From: an uncultured bacterium
Lineage (GTDB): Bacteria > Bacillota_I > Bacilli_A > RFN20 > CAG-826
Reading direction: 5' to 3'
Assembly (NCBI GenBank): GCA_949299195.1
Contig: CASFZN010000021.1
Location: 7,114-71,113 of the forward strand
Length of the DNA: 64,000 nt
The position numbers were made by a program, and so were the translations under genes. Below, in pieces: positions 51,427 through 64,000 of this stretch. Below the pieces are notes generated by a model that saw only the letters and a program-made list of their open reading frames with translations, ran no database searches and was not told the DNA's origin. How positions within the stretch are numbered: position 1 is the stretch's first letter; every line of letters begins with the position of its first letter.

Positions 51427-52437
51427 TTAATTATTTTCTTTTAATTTTTCTTTAACTTTTTCTACTAACTTCTTATTTCCTAAGTCGTTTGCAAGTTTAA
51501 TTGCTGAAAGGAATGCTTTTTCATCACTACTTCCATGAGCTTTAATAACAATTTTATTAACTCCAATTAACATTGCGCCACCAATATTTTTATAATTTAA
51601 TTTTTCTTTAAATTCACTCATTTTGGATTTAAGTAATAATCCTGCAATTTTTGTTTTGGTTGAAGAATAAATTGCATCTTTAAGTAACGAAGTAACTAAT
51701 TTTACAGTTCCTTCAGTAGTTTTTAAGAAGATATTTCCACTAAATCCATCACTAACAACAACATCAGCATTACCACTTAAAACTTCTCTTCCTTCAATAT
51801 TTCCAACAAAATTGATTCTGGAATCATTTTTTAAAAGTTGATGAGCTTCTTTATGTTCATTTCTTCCTTTTTCTTCTTCAGTACCATTATTTAATAAAAA
51901 TACCTTTGGTTTAGCTTCATTAAATGCAAGATTATAATAAATAGAACCAAGTAAACCGAATTGAGCTAATTCTTCAGCAGTATTTTCTAAATTAGCACCT
52001 AAATCAAGCATAACTGTCTTTTTATTTTCAATATATGTAGGAAGTGTGGTAATTAATCCAGGTCTTTTTACTCCTTCAATTCGTTTAATTTTAAAGATTG
52101 AAGCTGTTAATAAAGCTCCAGTTGATCCTGCAGAAATTATTGAATCGTAATCATTATCAAGTAATTCTTTAACGGCTACCATTAAAGAAGATTCCTTATC
52201 TTTTAAAGCTGACATTGGGTCAACATCCATTGCGACAACGGTTTTAGATTTAACTAACTTTATATATGGCTTATCTTTAACTTCGCTTAAACTTTCTAAC
52301 GCTTTATTATCTCCAACAAGAATAAAAGAATCGTTATTTTCGTCTATTTTTACGCTATTTAAATAAGATTTGATAGCTTTAATAGTAATTTCACTACCAG
52401 CATCTCCACCCATTAAATCAATAACAATCTTACTCAT
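51427..52437 (-). CDS. plsX: Phosphate acyltransferase PlsX
   Basis: IDLMGGD, SAGSTGA, LDLGAN, DGFSGNIFLK, KAHGSS. Confidence 0.95.
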   Translation of the reverse strand: MSKIVIDLMGGDAGSEITIKAIKSYLNSVKIDENNDSFILVGDNKALESLSEVKDKPYIKLVKSKTVVAMDVDPMSALKDKESSLMVAVKELLDNDYDSIISAGSTGALLTASIFKIKRIEGVKRPGLITTLPTYIENKKTVMLDLGANLENTAEELAQFGLLGSIYYNLAFNEAKPKVFLLNNGTEEEKGRNEHKEAHQLLKNDSRINFVGNIEGREVLSGNADVVVSDGFSGNIFLKTTEGTVKLVTSLLKDAIYSSTKTKIAGLLLKSKMSEFKEKLNYKNIGGAMLIGVNKIVIKAHGSSDEKAFLSAIKLANDLGNKKLVEKVKEKLKENN

Positions 52438-52539
52438 AAATATTTAATTTTCTCCTATTAATTCTTATTCTTTTTTTATGAATACAACCACCAAAACATT
52501 TGGTGGTTATACAAAAAGTAATTAATTATTTATTTTAAT

Positions 52540-54240
52540 TTATTCAACACCTAAAAGGAATGAATAAACTGGTTGATTTCCTTCTCTTAAATCAAGTTCT
52601 ACAAGAGGGAATTCTTTTTCAAATTTCTTTAATATTTTATCAGCTTCTTTTTTAGTAACATCATCACCCATTAAAATGGTAACTACGCTACTATCTTCAT
52701 CAATAACACTATTTAAAAGTGCAAATAAAGCATCAAGTTTATCTTTATGGGAAGAGATAATATCTTTTGTTTCTCTAATTGCCATAAATTCACCTTTTTT
52801 AATATGAACATTATTAAGGTTGGTATCTTTAATTGAATAAGTAACTGCTCCTGATTTAACACTACCAATAGCTTCAGTTAAAGTTTCTTCATTTTCCTCT
52901 TTTGATAATTCGCTATTAAAATTCATAGCACTAACAACACCTTGCATAATAGTTTTAGTAGGAACAACTACGACATCTTGTTTTTCACCTAAAATTTCTT
53001 TAGCTTGTCTTGCACTCATTAAAATATTTGAGTTATTTGGGAAAATAAAGACAGTTTCAGCATTAACTTTTTCAGCCGCATCAATAAAATCTTGAGCTGA
53101 AGGGTTATTGGTTTGACCGCCATTTACAAGTTCATCAACGCCAACGCTTTTAAATAATTCATCAACGCCTTTTCCGCTACTAGTTGCGATTAAAGCGTAT
53201 TTTTTTCTTTCTTTTTTGGTGTCTTTAACAATTAAAGGAGCGGTTTTTAAATCACTCTTATCAATTTCGCCATTTTTAGATTCATCATTAACTAAAATTT
53301 CATGGTGTTGTTCGGTCATATTTTCACATTTAATACGTTTAAATTCACCGAATTCTTGGGCATAATTTAAAATTACACCTGGGCGGAGAGTATGAACATG
53401 AACCTTAACAAAATCTTCATCATCAATAACTACTAACGAGTTACCATGACTTGATAAATAGTTAACAAACCTAGCTCTATTAAAGACTCTTTTTCCGTTA
53501 TCACTTTCTAAATGTAAGACAAATTCAGTACAATATCCGAATTCTTCTTCTTCAAACTTAGCTTGAACTGCATGTTCAACTTGTGGACGAGCTTCTTCTA
53601 AGGATGTTCCTTGAATTCTTTCAACCATGTTACCTAAAAGATATGATTCCATACCTTCAATAACTTTAACGAATCCGGCTCCACCACTATCAACGACTCC
53701 AACTTCTCTTAAAACAGGCAAAAGATTTGGAGTTCTTTCAAGAGAATCATTAGCAGCTTTAACATAGATTGAGAAAGCTTCTTCAATGCTCATTCTTGGA
53801 GTTAATGATTCTTTTAATTTTTGTGCTGATTCTCTAATGACTGTTAACATTGTACCTTCAACAGGTTGGATAACGCCTTTATAGGTACTTTTTGCAGCAC
53901 TTTCTAAAATTTCACTTAATTCTTTGACGTCAATTTCGTTTCTACCCTTTAAAGAATCGCTAATTCCTTTAAAGTAGAATGCTAAAATCGAACCACTATT
54001 ACCATAGGAAGCGTGAATTTCAGCGCTTGCTAATAATTTTGCTATATAAGAAAGGTCTTCACTCATATTGAATTGAATAGCTTTGACCCCACTAACCATG
54101 GTTAAATTCATATTAGTTCCAGTATCACCATCTGGAATTGGGAAGACGTTTAAAGCGTCAACTTCTGGATAACTATTATAAAGGTTATTAGATCCACTAA
54201 TCACCATGTTTTTAAATATTTGTCCATCGATCGTTTTCAT
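52540..54240 (-). CDS. fakA: DAK2-domain fatty acid kinase catalytic subunit (FakA/YloV)
   Basis: LNVFPIPDGDTGTNM, PVEGTMLTV, VVDSGG, GYCTEF, KVHVHT, GGQTNNPS. Confidence 0.92.
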   Translation of the reverse strand: MKTIDGQIFKNMVISGSNNLYNSYPEVDALNVFPIPDGDTGTNMNLTMVSGVKAIQFNMSEDLSYIAKLLASAEIHASYGNSGSILAFYFKGISDSLKGRNEIDVKELSEILESAAKSTYKGVIQPVEGTMLTVIRESAQKLKESLTPRMSIEEAFSIYVKAANDSLERTPNLLPVLREVGVVDSGGAGFVKVIEGMESYLLGNMVERIQGTSLEEARPQVEHAVQAKFEEEEFGYCTEFVLHLESDNGKRVFNRARFVNYLSSHGNSLVVIDDEDFVKVHVHTLRPGVILNYAQEFGEFKRIKCENMTEQHHEILVNDESKNGEIDKSDLKTAPLIVKDTKKERKKYALIATSSGKGVDELFKSVGVDELVNGGQTNNPSAQDFIDAAEKVNAETVFIFPNNSNILMSARQAKEILGEKQDVVVVPTKTIMQGVVSAMNFNSELSKEENEETLTEAIGSVKSGAVTYSIKDTNLNNVHIKKGEFMAIRETKDIISSHKDKLDALFALLNSVIDEDSSVVTILMGDDVTKKEADKILKKFEKEFPLVELDLREGNQPVYSFLLGVE

Positions 54241-54392
54241 TTCCTTTAAATACTCCTATTAATCGCTCTTTAAGTTTTGAAAATAGCCCTTGATTAATAC
54301 CTACTTTTTTATCAATAAACGACTATTTCTTATTAATATATAAGTAACTTGCTAGTAATAATTTCTTTTTAATCAATTAAAGATTTAAAAAC

Positions 54393-54809
54393 TTAAATAA
54401 TTTTTAAATCTTCAACATAAACATTGATCTTACGGTAAATCTTACCGTATTTTTGGGTTATAAAATATTCAAGTCTTTTCATGACTTCGTTCATAACTTC
54501 ATTGACTCTTAAGCCATATGCAATTTGAATATGGACATTAATATCGTACTTTTTAAGTGAAGCAATACTTTCAATATTAACGCCTTTGATATAGTTATCT
54601 TTCTTTAAAATATTATTTAAAGAAGAATTATAATCAACAAGTCCAATAACACCAAAACAAGTAGAGATAGTTTCTCCAACAAAAGTAGCTAATTCTTTTT
54701 TAAATAAGGAAGGTAATTCTTCTTTCTTTTTAACTACTTCTTTACTTTTTTTCTCTACTTTTACGGTTTTATTAACTTTAGTTTTAACTTCTTTTTTCTT
54801 TTCTGCCAT
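54393..54809 (-). CDS. Asp23/Gls24 family protein (YloU-like)
   Basis: CFGVIGLV, YGLRVNEV and INVYVE motifs. Upstream of the DAK2 gene, as in yloU-yloV. Confidence 0.8.
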   Translation of the reverse strand: MAEKKKEVKTKVNKTVKVEKKSKEVVKKKEELPSLFKKELATFVGETISTCFGVIGLVDYNSSLNNILKKDNYIKGVNIESIASLKKYDINVHIQIAYGLRVNEVMNEVMKRLEYFITQKYGKIYRKINVYVEDLKII

Positions 54810-54929
54810 AAATCTTTTTAATATTCTTTAAAATTTATATTCTTTTAACTATCGATATCAAATTCTATATTCGAATTTATATCGGTAATAATTATAACAT
54901 AAAATGATATAAGATAATATAAAAAAAGA

Positions 54930-55037
54930 GCCCAGCGACTTGCTATTCTTGCCTTGCGGCTACCTTCGCCATTGCAGTGCTTAACTTCTCTGTTCGGGAT
55001 GGGAAGAGGTGTGTCCACTGTATCATCGTCACCAGAC
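54930..55037 (-). rRNA. rrf: 5S rRNA (short form, about 107 nt)
   Basis: TCTGGTGACGAT...CCCATCCCGAACAGAGAAGTTAAG...GTCGCTGGG. Confidence 0.93.
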
Positions 55038-55160
55038 TCAATATTTATTTGAGAGACTACATTTTAATCAAAGTGTTCTCTGAAAACAAGATATTTATTT
55101 TATTTTGTTCTTTCTTAACCCTAATAATTTATTTTTTTAGATCTTTTAGTAAAATCTTAG

Positions 55161-58043
<2,883 letters not shown>

Positions 58044-58334
58044 TCATAAATTTAATTAGGCTTTTGTTAGTTTTTGTGTCTTAACAAATGTTTAACTTAA
58101 GTTCGCATTTTTTAAAACTCAATGAATTTTAATTTTTGCTTCTTAACAGAAAGAACATGTTATAAATATCTTGTTTTCAAAGAACAGTTTTGATTAAGAG
58201 AATGCTATTCTCTCAAAACTAGATAGATCTACTTTTTTGAAAGTGAACTGAATAATACCTAGATTTAATAAATAGGTTATAAAAAATTTGTACAATAATG
58301 ATTCCGTTTTTGGAATCAAAGTCTTTCTCCATTG

Positions 58335-59867
<1,533 letters not shown>

Positions 59868-60083
59868 TTTGTATTCTAGTTCAAAATTATTCTGGTTTAA
59901 AAATTTTCAAATTTAATTTAAATCATTCAACTTAAATTAATTGACGTTCACATTTGTTTTGTTGTACATCTATCTAGTTTTCAAAGATCTCTTACGCGTC
60001 TATATCTCTATAGAATTAAGAAGTTTTTTTACTTATTATATACTACGTATATAATCAGTTGTCTTCTTGACGCGTGCTTGATA

Positions 60084-60220
60084 ATGATACATCAGAATCA
60101 TTATTAATGTCAATACTTTTTTTAAACTTTTTTTAAGTTTTTTTCAAAGTAACTTTTGCTTTCATAAGCACCATAAAAGCAGAGTGTCATTATCTTATAC
60201 CAATATCGGAATTTTAGCAA
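60084..60220 (-). promoter_or_regulatory. Tandem rRNA promoters P1 and P2
   Basis: TTGCTA-17-TAAGAT (from about 60220) and TTGACA-18-TATCAT (from about 60113), each preceded by similar A-tract UP-like elements. A boxA-like TCTTTGAAAAC lies downstream near 59980. Confidence 0.65.
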
Positions 60221-60310
60221 TACCCTTTTTTAAATTTTTTTTAATATTTTTTTATTAAATAAATTTTTGTCAATTAACCCTTATATATAATAAGGATGAA
60301 GGGTCAAATT

Positions 60311-61147
60311 TTAATTACGATTAGCCATTGCTCTTGCAACATATGGCAAGATTCTTAATAAGATATAAATGAAATCGTTATATAAGGAAAAAGCAAAATA
60401 TACTGCCATTGATGTTGGCAAATTTCCATTATTTGCATTGACTGCACTTCTTATTCTAAAGAAATCTACAAGAGTAATAATTAAGGCATAAATTAATAAT
60501 GCAAATTCAGCAATAAGCATTGAAATCATCATTCCTTCATTAAATACACCTGTAATTAATAAGATCCAGTTAACTAAGAAGATAAGTCCAGCACCAATTA
60601 CTAATCCTAAAGCAACGGTAATTAATATTCTTACTACGGTATAAGATTTGATTAACATCGATAATAAACCCATAAGAATGAATAATACGCTGGTAATTAA
60701 AATTGATAATGGTAAAGCTTCAACATATCCAACATAGAAGCTTAATGAAGATAAAAGGAACGATAAACAGATAACATATAAAGTAACTAAAACAATTAAA
60801 CTGCCTAAATGGTAACTTTCATCAGTTTGAACTGATGCATTTTTAAATCCGATTCCATAATATCTCCAGATCGATTTAAACGAGATAATTATCGATAAAA
60901 CTATTAATGCAATTGCTGCAATAATCGTAATTATCATATAAGTTGTTGCGTTAGCTGGTTCACTTATAGGAAAGATATTATTAAATAAATAAGAAATTCC
61001 ATAAGTTAATAATCCAGTTGCTAATAACATAATTGCAAAGAAGATATATGTTTTAGCATAAAAGTAAGTTGTTGCCTTAATAAATGGCTTACCAGGATTT
61101 TTTAATTCCTCGTTTGTTGCGTATTGTGAATATCTATTTTCGCTCAT
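60311..61147 (-). CDS. Bax inhibitor-1/YccA family membrane protein
   Basis: About 7 TM helices. C-terminal ITLVDFFRIR...AFSLYNDFIYILLRIL motif. Confidence 0.8.
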   Translation of the reverse strand: MSENRYSQYATNEELKNPGKPFIKATTYFYAKTYIFFAIMLLATGLLTYGISYLFNNIFPISEPANATTYMIITIIAAIALIVLSIIISFKSIWRYYGIGFKNASVQTDESYHLGSLIVLVTLYVICLSFLLSSLSFYVGYVEALPLSILITSVLFILMGLLSMLIKSYTVVRILITVALGLVIGAGLIFLVNWILLITGVFNEGMMISMLIAEFALLIYALIITLVDFFRIRSAVNANNGNLPTSMAVYFAFSLYNDFIYILLRILPYVARAMANRN

Positions 61148-61327
61148 TTTTTACTCTCCTTATATAGAGTTAGAGCCTTATGTTTGGCTAATATTTAATA
61201 TAACTTTTAAAACAATTTCTGTCTATATATTTTTGTGTCAATTCAAAAAATGCGATTAAATCCACATCAATTTAATGCTTAGTAAGTTTTAAATTAAAAA
61301 TTAGTAGACCTATAATAAGCTTTAAAA

Positions 61328-61343
61328 GTTTCCACGTGGAAAT
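61328..61343. promoter_or_regulatory. parS-like palindrome, copy 2
   Basis: GTTTCCACGTGGAAAT, 15/16 match to copy 1, intergenic. Confidence 0.6.
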
Positions 61344-61424
61344 TTTTGATTCAGAAATATAAAAATCTTTTATTTAATAAACCATAAGATCCATCAAAAC
61401 AGGTATTTTGCCTTTTTTTCATAT

Positions 61425-61450
61425 AAAAACGGGGTATTTTGCCCCGTTTT
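61425..61450 (-). terminator. Terminator after tpiA
   Basis: AAAACGGGG-TATTTTG-CCCCGTTTT. Confidence 0.7.
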
Positions 61451-61489
61451 AATGAATTAAAAAATGCTTAAATTTAGTAAAATACGATA

Positions 61490-62248
61490 TTATTCGATAT
61501 TTACTAATAATTGTCTATAAGAATTAATATCGAGTGATGCTCCACCAACTAAAGCGCCATCAACATTCTTTTGAGATAAGTATTCTCTGATATTTTCAGG
61601 TTTAACACTTCCACCATAAAGAATTCTGACTTTATTAGCGGTTTTTGTATCATATAATTCTCTTAAAACTTTTCTAATGAATTTGCAGATATCTTCAGCG
61701 ATTTCTTTAGAAGCATTTTTACCAGTACCAATACTCCAGATTGGTTCATAAGCAATAACAAGTTTTTTGACATCTTCTGCAGAAATATCTTTTAAACCAG
61801 TTACAATTTGTTCTTTAACAAAAGCTTTGGTTTTTCCTTCATTGAAAGTTTCTAATGATTCACCACAACAATAGATAGGAATCATATTATTAGCGAATAA
61901 TGCTTTCATTTTAAGATTACATTTTTCGCTAGTTTCATTATCATATTCTCTTCTTTCACTATGACCTAAAAGGCAATAGCCAATATTGATTTCTTTTAAC
62001 ATTGGGATAGAAATTTCACCTGTATATGCACCTTTTTCTAAATAGTGAACATTTTGAGAAGCAACAATTAAAGAAGATTTTAAAATCTTTTTAACGCTTT
62101 CTAAGCAAAGATAAGGAACACAAACGCCCATATCAATTTTATGAGCTCTGGCTTCTTTTCCTAATTCTTTAGCTTCTTTAGCAAAAGCCTTAGCTTCGCT
62201 AATAGTTTTATTCATCTTCCAGTTGCCAAGTAATAATTTTCTTCTCAT
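61490..62248 (-). CDS. tpiA: Triosephosphate isomerase
   Basis: GNWKMN, GHSERR, AYEPIWSIGTG, YGGSVK. Confidence 0.98.
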   Translation of the reverse strand: MRRKLLLGNWKMNKTISEAKAFAKEAKELGKEARAHKIDMGVCVPYLCLESVKKILKSSLIVASQNVHYLEKGAYTGEISIPMLKEINIGYCLLGHSERREYDNETSEKCNLKMKALFANNMIPIYCCGESLETFNEGKTKAFVKEQIVTGLKDISAEDVKKLVIAYEPIWSIGTGKNASKEIAEDICKFIRKVLRELYDTKTANKVRILYGGSVKPENIREYLSQKNVDGALVGGASLDINSYRQLLVNIE

Positions 62249-62293
62249 ACTTAATATTTCTCTTTTTATATATAAATATAGATAAGAAATTAA

Positions 62294-63520
62294 TTATCCA
62301 ATGATATCAATCCCTGGAAGGTGTCCATCATTTTCAATCATTTCTAAGCTAGCACCGCCACCTGTTGAGACGTGGGAGAATTCTTTAGCATAGCCAAATT
62401 CTTTAGCAGCTGCAGCTGAATCACCACCACCAATTACAGAGAATGCATTGGTATTAGCAACGATTGATTTACAAACACTCTTAGTACCATTAGAGAATGC
62501 TTCGTTTTCGAAAACGCCAACAGGACCATTCCAGAAGATTAATTTTGCACTTCTAATGATGTCGTCAAATAAAGCACATGATTTAGGACCAATATCTAAA
62601 CCTAATAATCCAGCAGGAATACCTTCACTATGTTTATCTAAGTTTGTTTCAACAGTTTCAATCTTGGTTGGATTTTCTAAATTATCTGCACAAACAGTAT
62701 CGATTGGTAAGACAATTTTTCCTGATGCATAACATTTTCTTGCATAATCTAATTGATCGTCTTCAACAATGCTATTTCCAGTTTGAATGCCCATAGCTTT
62801 ATAGAAAGTGAAAGCCATAGCACCACCAATTAAGATCTTATCGCATTTATTTAATAAAGAATCGATAACTTTAATCTTATCACTAACTTTTAATCCAGCT
62901 AAAATTGCAACATATGGATGGTCGCTTCCTTTAACACAAGCGCCTAAGTTTTCAACTTCTTTTTCCATTAAGTAACCTAATGCAACTGGTTTTCCTTCTT
63001 CTTTTAAGACTTCAGGAACTCCATAAGTAGAAGCGTGAGCTCTATGAGCACTACCGAATGCATCCATTACGAAGCAATCGACATTTTTAGCCCAATCTTC
63101 AGCTAATTCTCTATTATTTTTGGATTCGCCTTTTTCATATCTTGTATTTTGAACAAGTAAGACTTCTCCTTCTTTTAATGCTTTAATATGTTCTGCTAAT
63201 TTTTCACCACTTGTTTCAGGAGAGAAATAAACATTAACTCCTTCTAAGTGTTTTTTTAATACTGGAAGAACATATTCCAAATTATTTTTAGCTTTTTGTT
63301 TTTCGATTTCTACATCATCAACTTTTCCCCATTTAATTTTTCCTAAGTGGGACATTAAAACGAGCGAAGCACCTTCTTTTAATAATTTTCTTAATGTTGG
63401 TAAAGCTTGAACGATTCTATTATCATCTCTAACTTCACTACCTTTAAGAGGAACGTTAAAATCAACTCTAACTAAAACTTTTTTTCCTTTTAAATCAGTT
63501 AATTTATCAATTGTATTCAT
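62294..63520 (-). CDS. pgk: Phosphoglycerate kinase
   Basis: RVDFNVPL, DAFGSAHRAHAS, WNGPVGVFE, HVSTGGGASL. Confidence 0.98.
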   Translation of the reverse strand: MNTIDKLTDLKGKKVLVRVDFNVPLKGSEVRDDNRIVQALPTLRKLLKEGASLVLMSHLGKIKWGKVDDVEIEKQKAKNNLEYVLPVLKKHLEGVNVYFSPETSGEKLAEHIKALKEGEVLLVQNTRYEKGESKNNRELAEDWAKNVDCFVMDAFGSAHRAHASTYGVPEVLKEEGKPVALGYLMEKEVENLGACVKGSDHPYVAILAGLKVSDKIKVIDSLLNKCDKILIGGAMAFTFYKAMGIQTGNSIVEDDQLDYARKCYASGKIVLPIDTVCADNLENPTKIETVETNLDKHSEGIPAGLLGLDIGPKSCALFDDIIRSAKLIFWNGPVGVFENEAFSNGTKSVCKSIVANTNAFSVIGGGDSAAAAKEFGYAKEFSHVSTGGGASLEMIENDGHLPGIDIIG

Positions 63521-63564
63521 TGTTTACTCCTTATATTTTTTACTTAAACAATACGTAAATGAAA

Positions 63565-63600
63565 CTTAAGGGCTTTAAATTCAATTTTAAAGCCCTCAAG
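63565..63600 (-). terminator. Hairpin between gap and pgk (terminator or stabiliser)
   Basis: AGGGCTTTAAA-TTCAAT-TTTAAAGCCCT. Confidence 0.55.
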
Positions 63601-63623
63601 ATATGTTAGTTAATTATGATCAA

Positions 63624-63998
63624 TTATTTTAATTCTGCGAAGTATTTAATTGTTCTAACCATTTGGCTGGTGTATGAATTTTCGTTATCATACCAAGAAA
63701 CGACTTGGACGTGATAAGTTTCATCATCTAACTTATGAACCATTGTTTGAGTTGCATCGAATAATGAGCCATAAGTCATACCAATAACATCACTAGATAC
63801 TAATGGTTCTTCAGTATAACCATAAGAAGCGCTTGTTGATGCTTTCATATGAGCATTGATAACTTCTGGAGTTAAATCTTTAGCTTTAACAACTGCAACA
63901 AGGATAGTTGTAGAACCAGTTTTGACTGGAACTCTTTGAGCACTACCAATTAATTTTCCATTTAATTCTGGGATAACTAAGCCGATAGCTTTAGCTGC
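63624..63998 (-). CDS. gap: Glyceraldehyde-3-phosphate dehydrogenase, 5'-truncated by the window edge
   Basis: [25 protein letters not shown]...SWYDNENSY. Confidence 0.97.
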   Translation of the reverse strand, partial: AAKAIGLVIPELNGKLIGSAQRVPVKTGSTTILVAVVKAKDLTPEVINAHMKASTSASYGYTEEPLVSSDVIGMTYGSLFDATQTMVHKLDDETYHVQVVSWYDNENSYTSQMVRTIKYFAELK

Positions 63999-64000
63999 AC

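Overview
This is an AT-rich core-genome window from a reduced-genome Bacilli bacterium. The short 5S rRNA, the lipoprotein-type AtpF and the locally missing uppS, acpP and smc suggest an uncultured Mollicutes/Erysipelotrichales-related gut lineage such as RFN20 or RF39 (inference). In order it holds a partial MATE transporter, a trimeric [FeFe]-hydrogenase operon, an EF-G paralog, two orphan lipoproteins, the full atpIBEFHAGDC operon, tRNA-Ala(GGC) and tRNA-Arg(CCT), and the polC-rseP-dxr-cdsA-frr-pyrH-tsf-rpsB and xerC-trmFO-topA-dprA-rnhB-rbgA-rplS clusters. An inverted rpsP-khpA-rimM-trmD block follows, interrupted by a decaying redox cluster, then ffh-ylxM-ftsY-rnc-plsX-fakA-asp23, one rRNA operon (16S-23S-5S on the minus strand) and tpiA-pgk-gap. 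The strongest signal is a probable non-standard genetic code. By manual scan, in-frame CGG occurs only twice in recognisable genes, both times at positions expected to be Trp (CGG=Trp), and none of the 52 genes ends in TGA. Other signals are three intergenic parS-like palindromes, a shared 11-bp-periodic TACTA array, an operator-like palindrome at the atp promoter, a Na+-type two-carboxylate c-subunit and an EF-G paralog lacking the catalytic His. I saw no CRISPR array, IS element or prophage.
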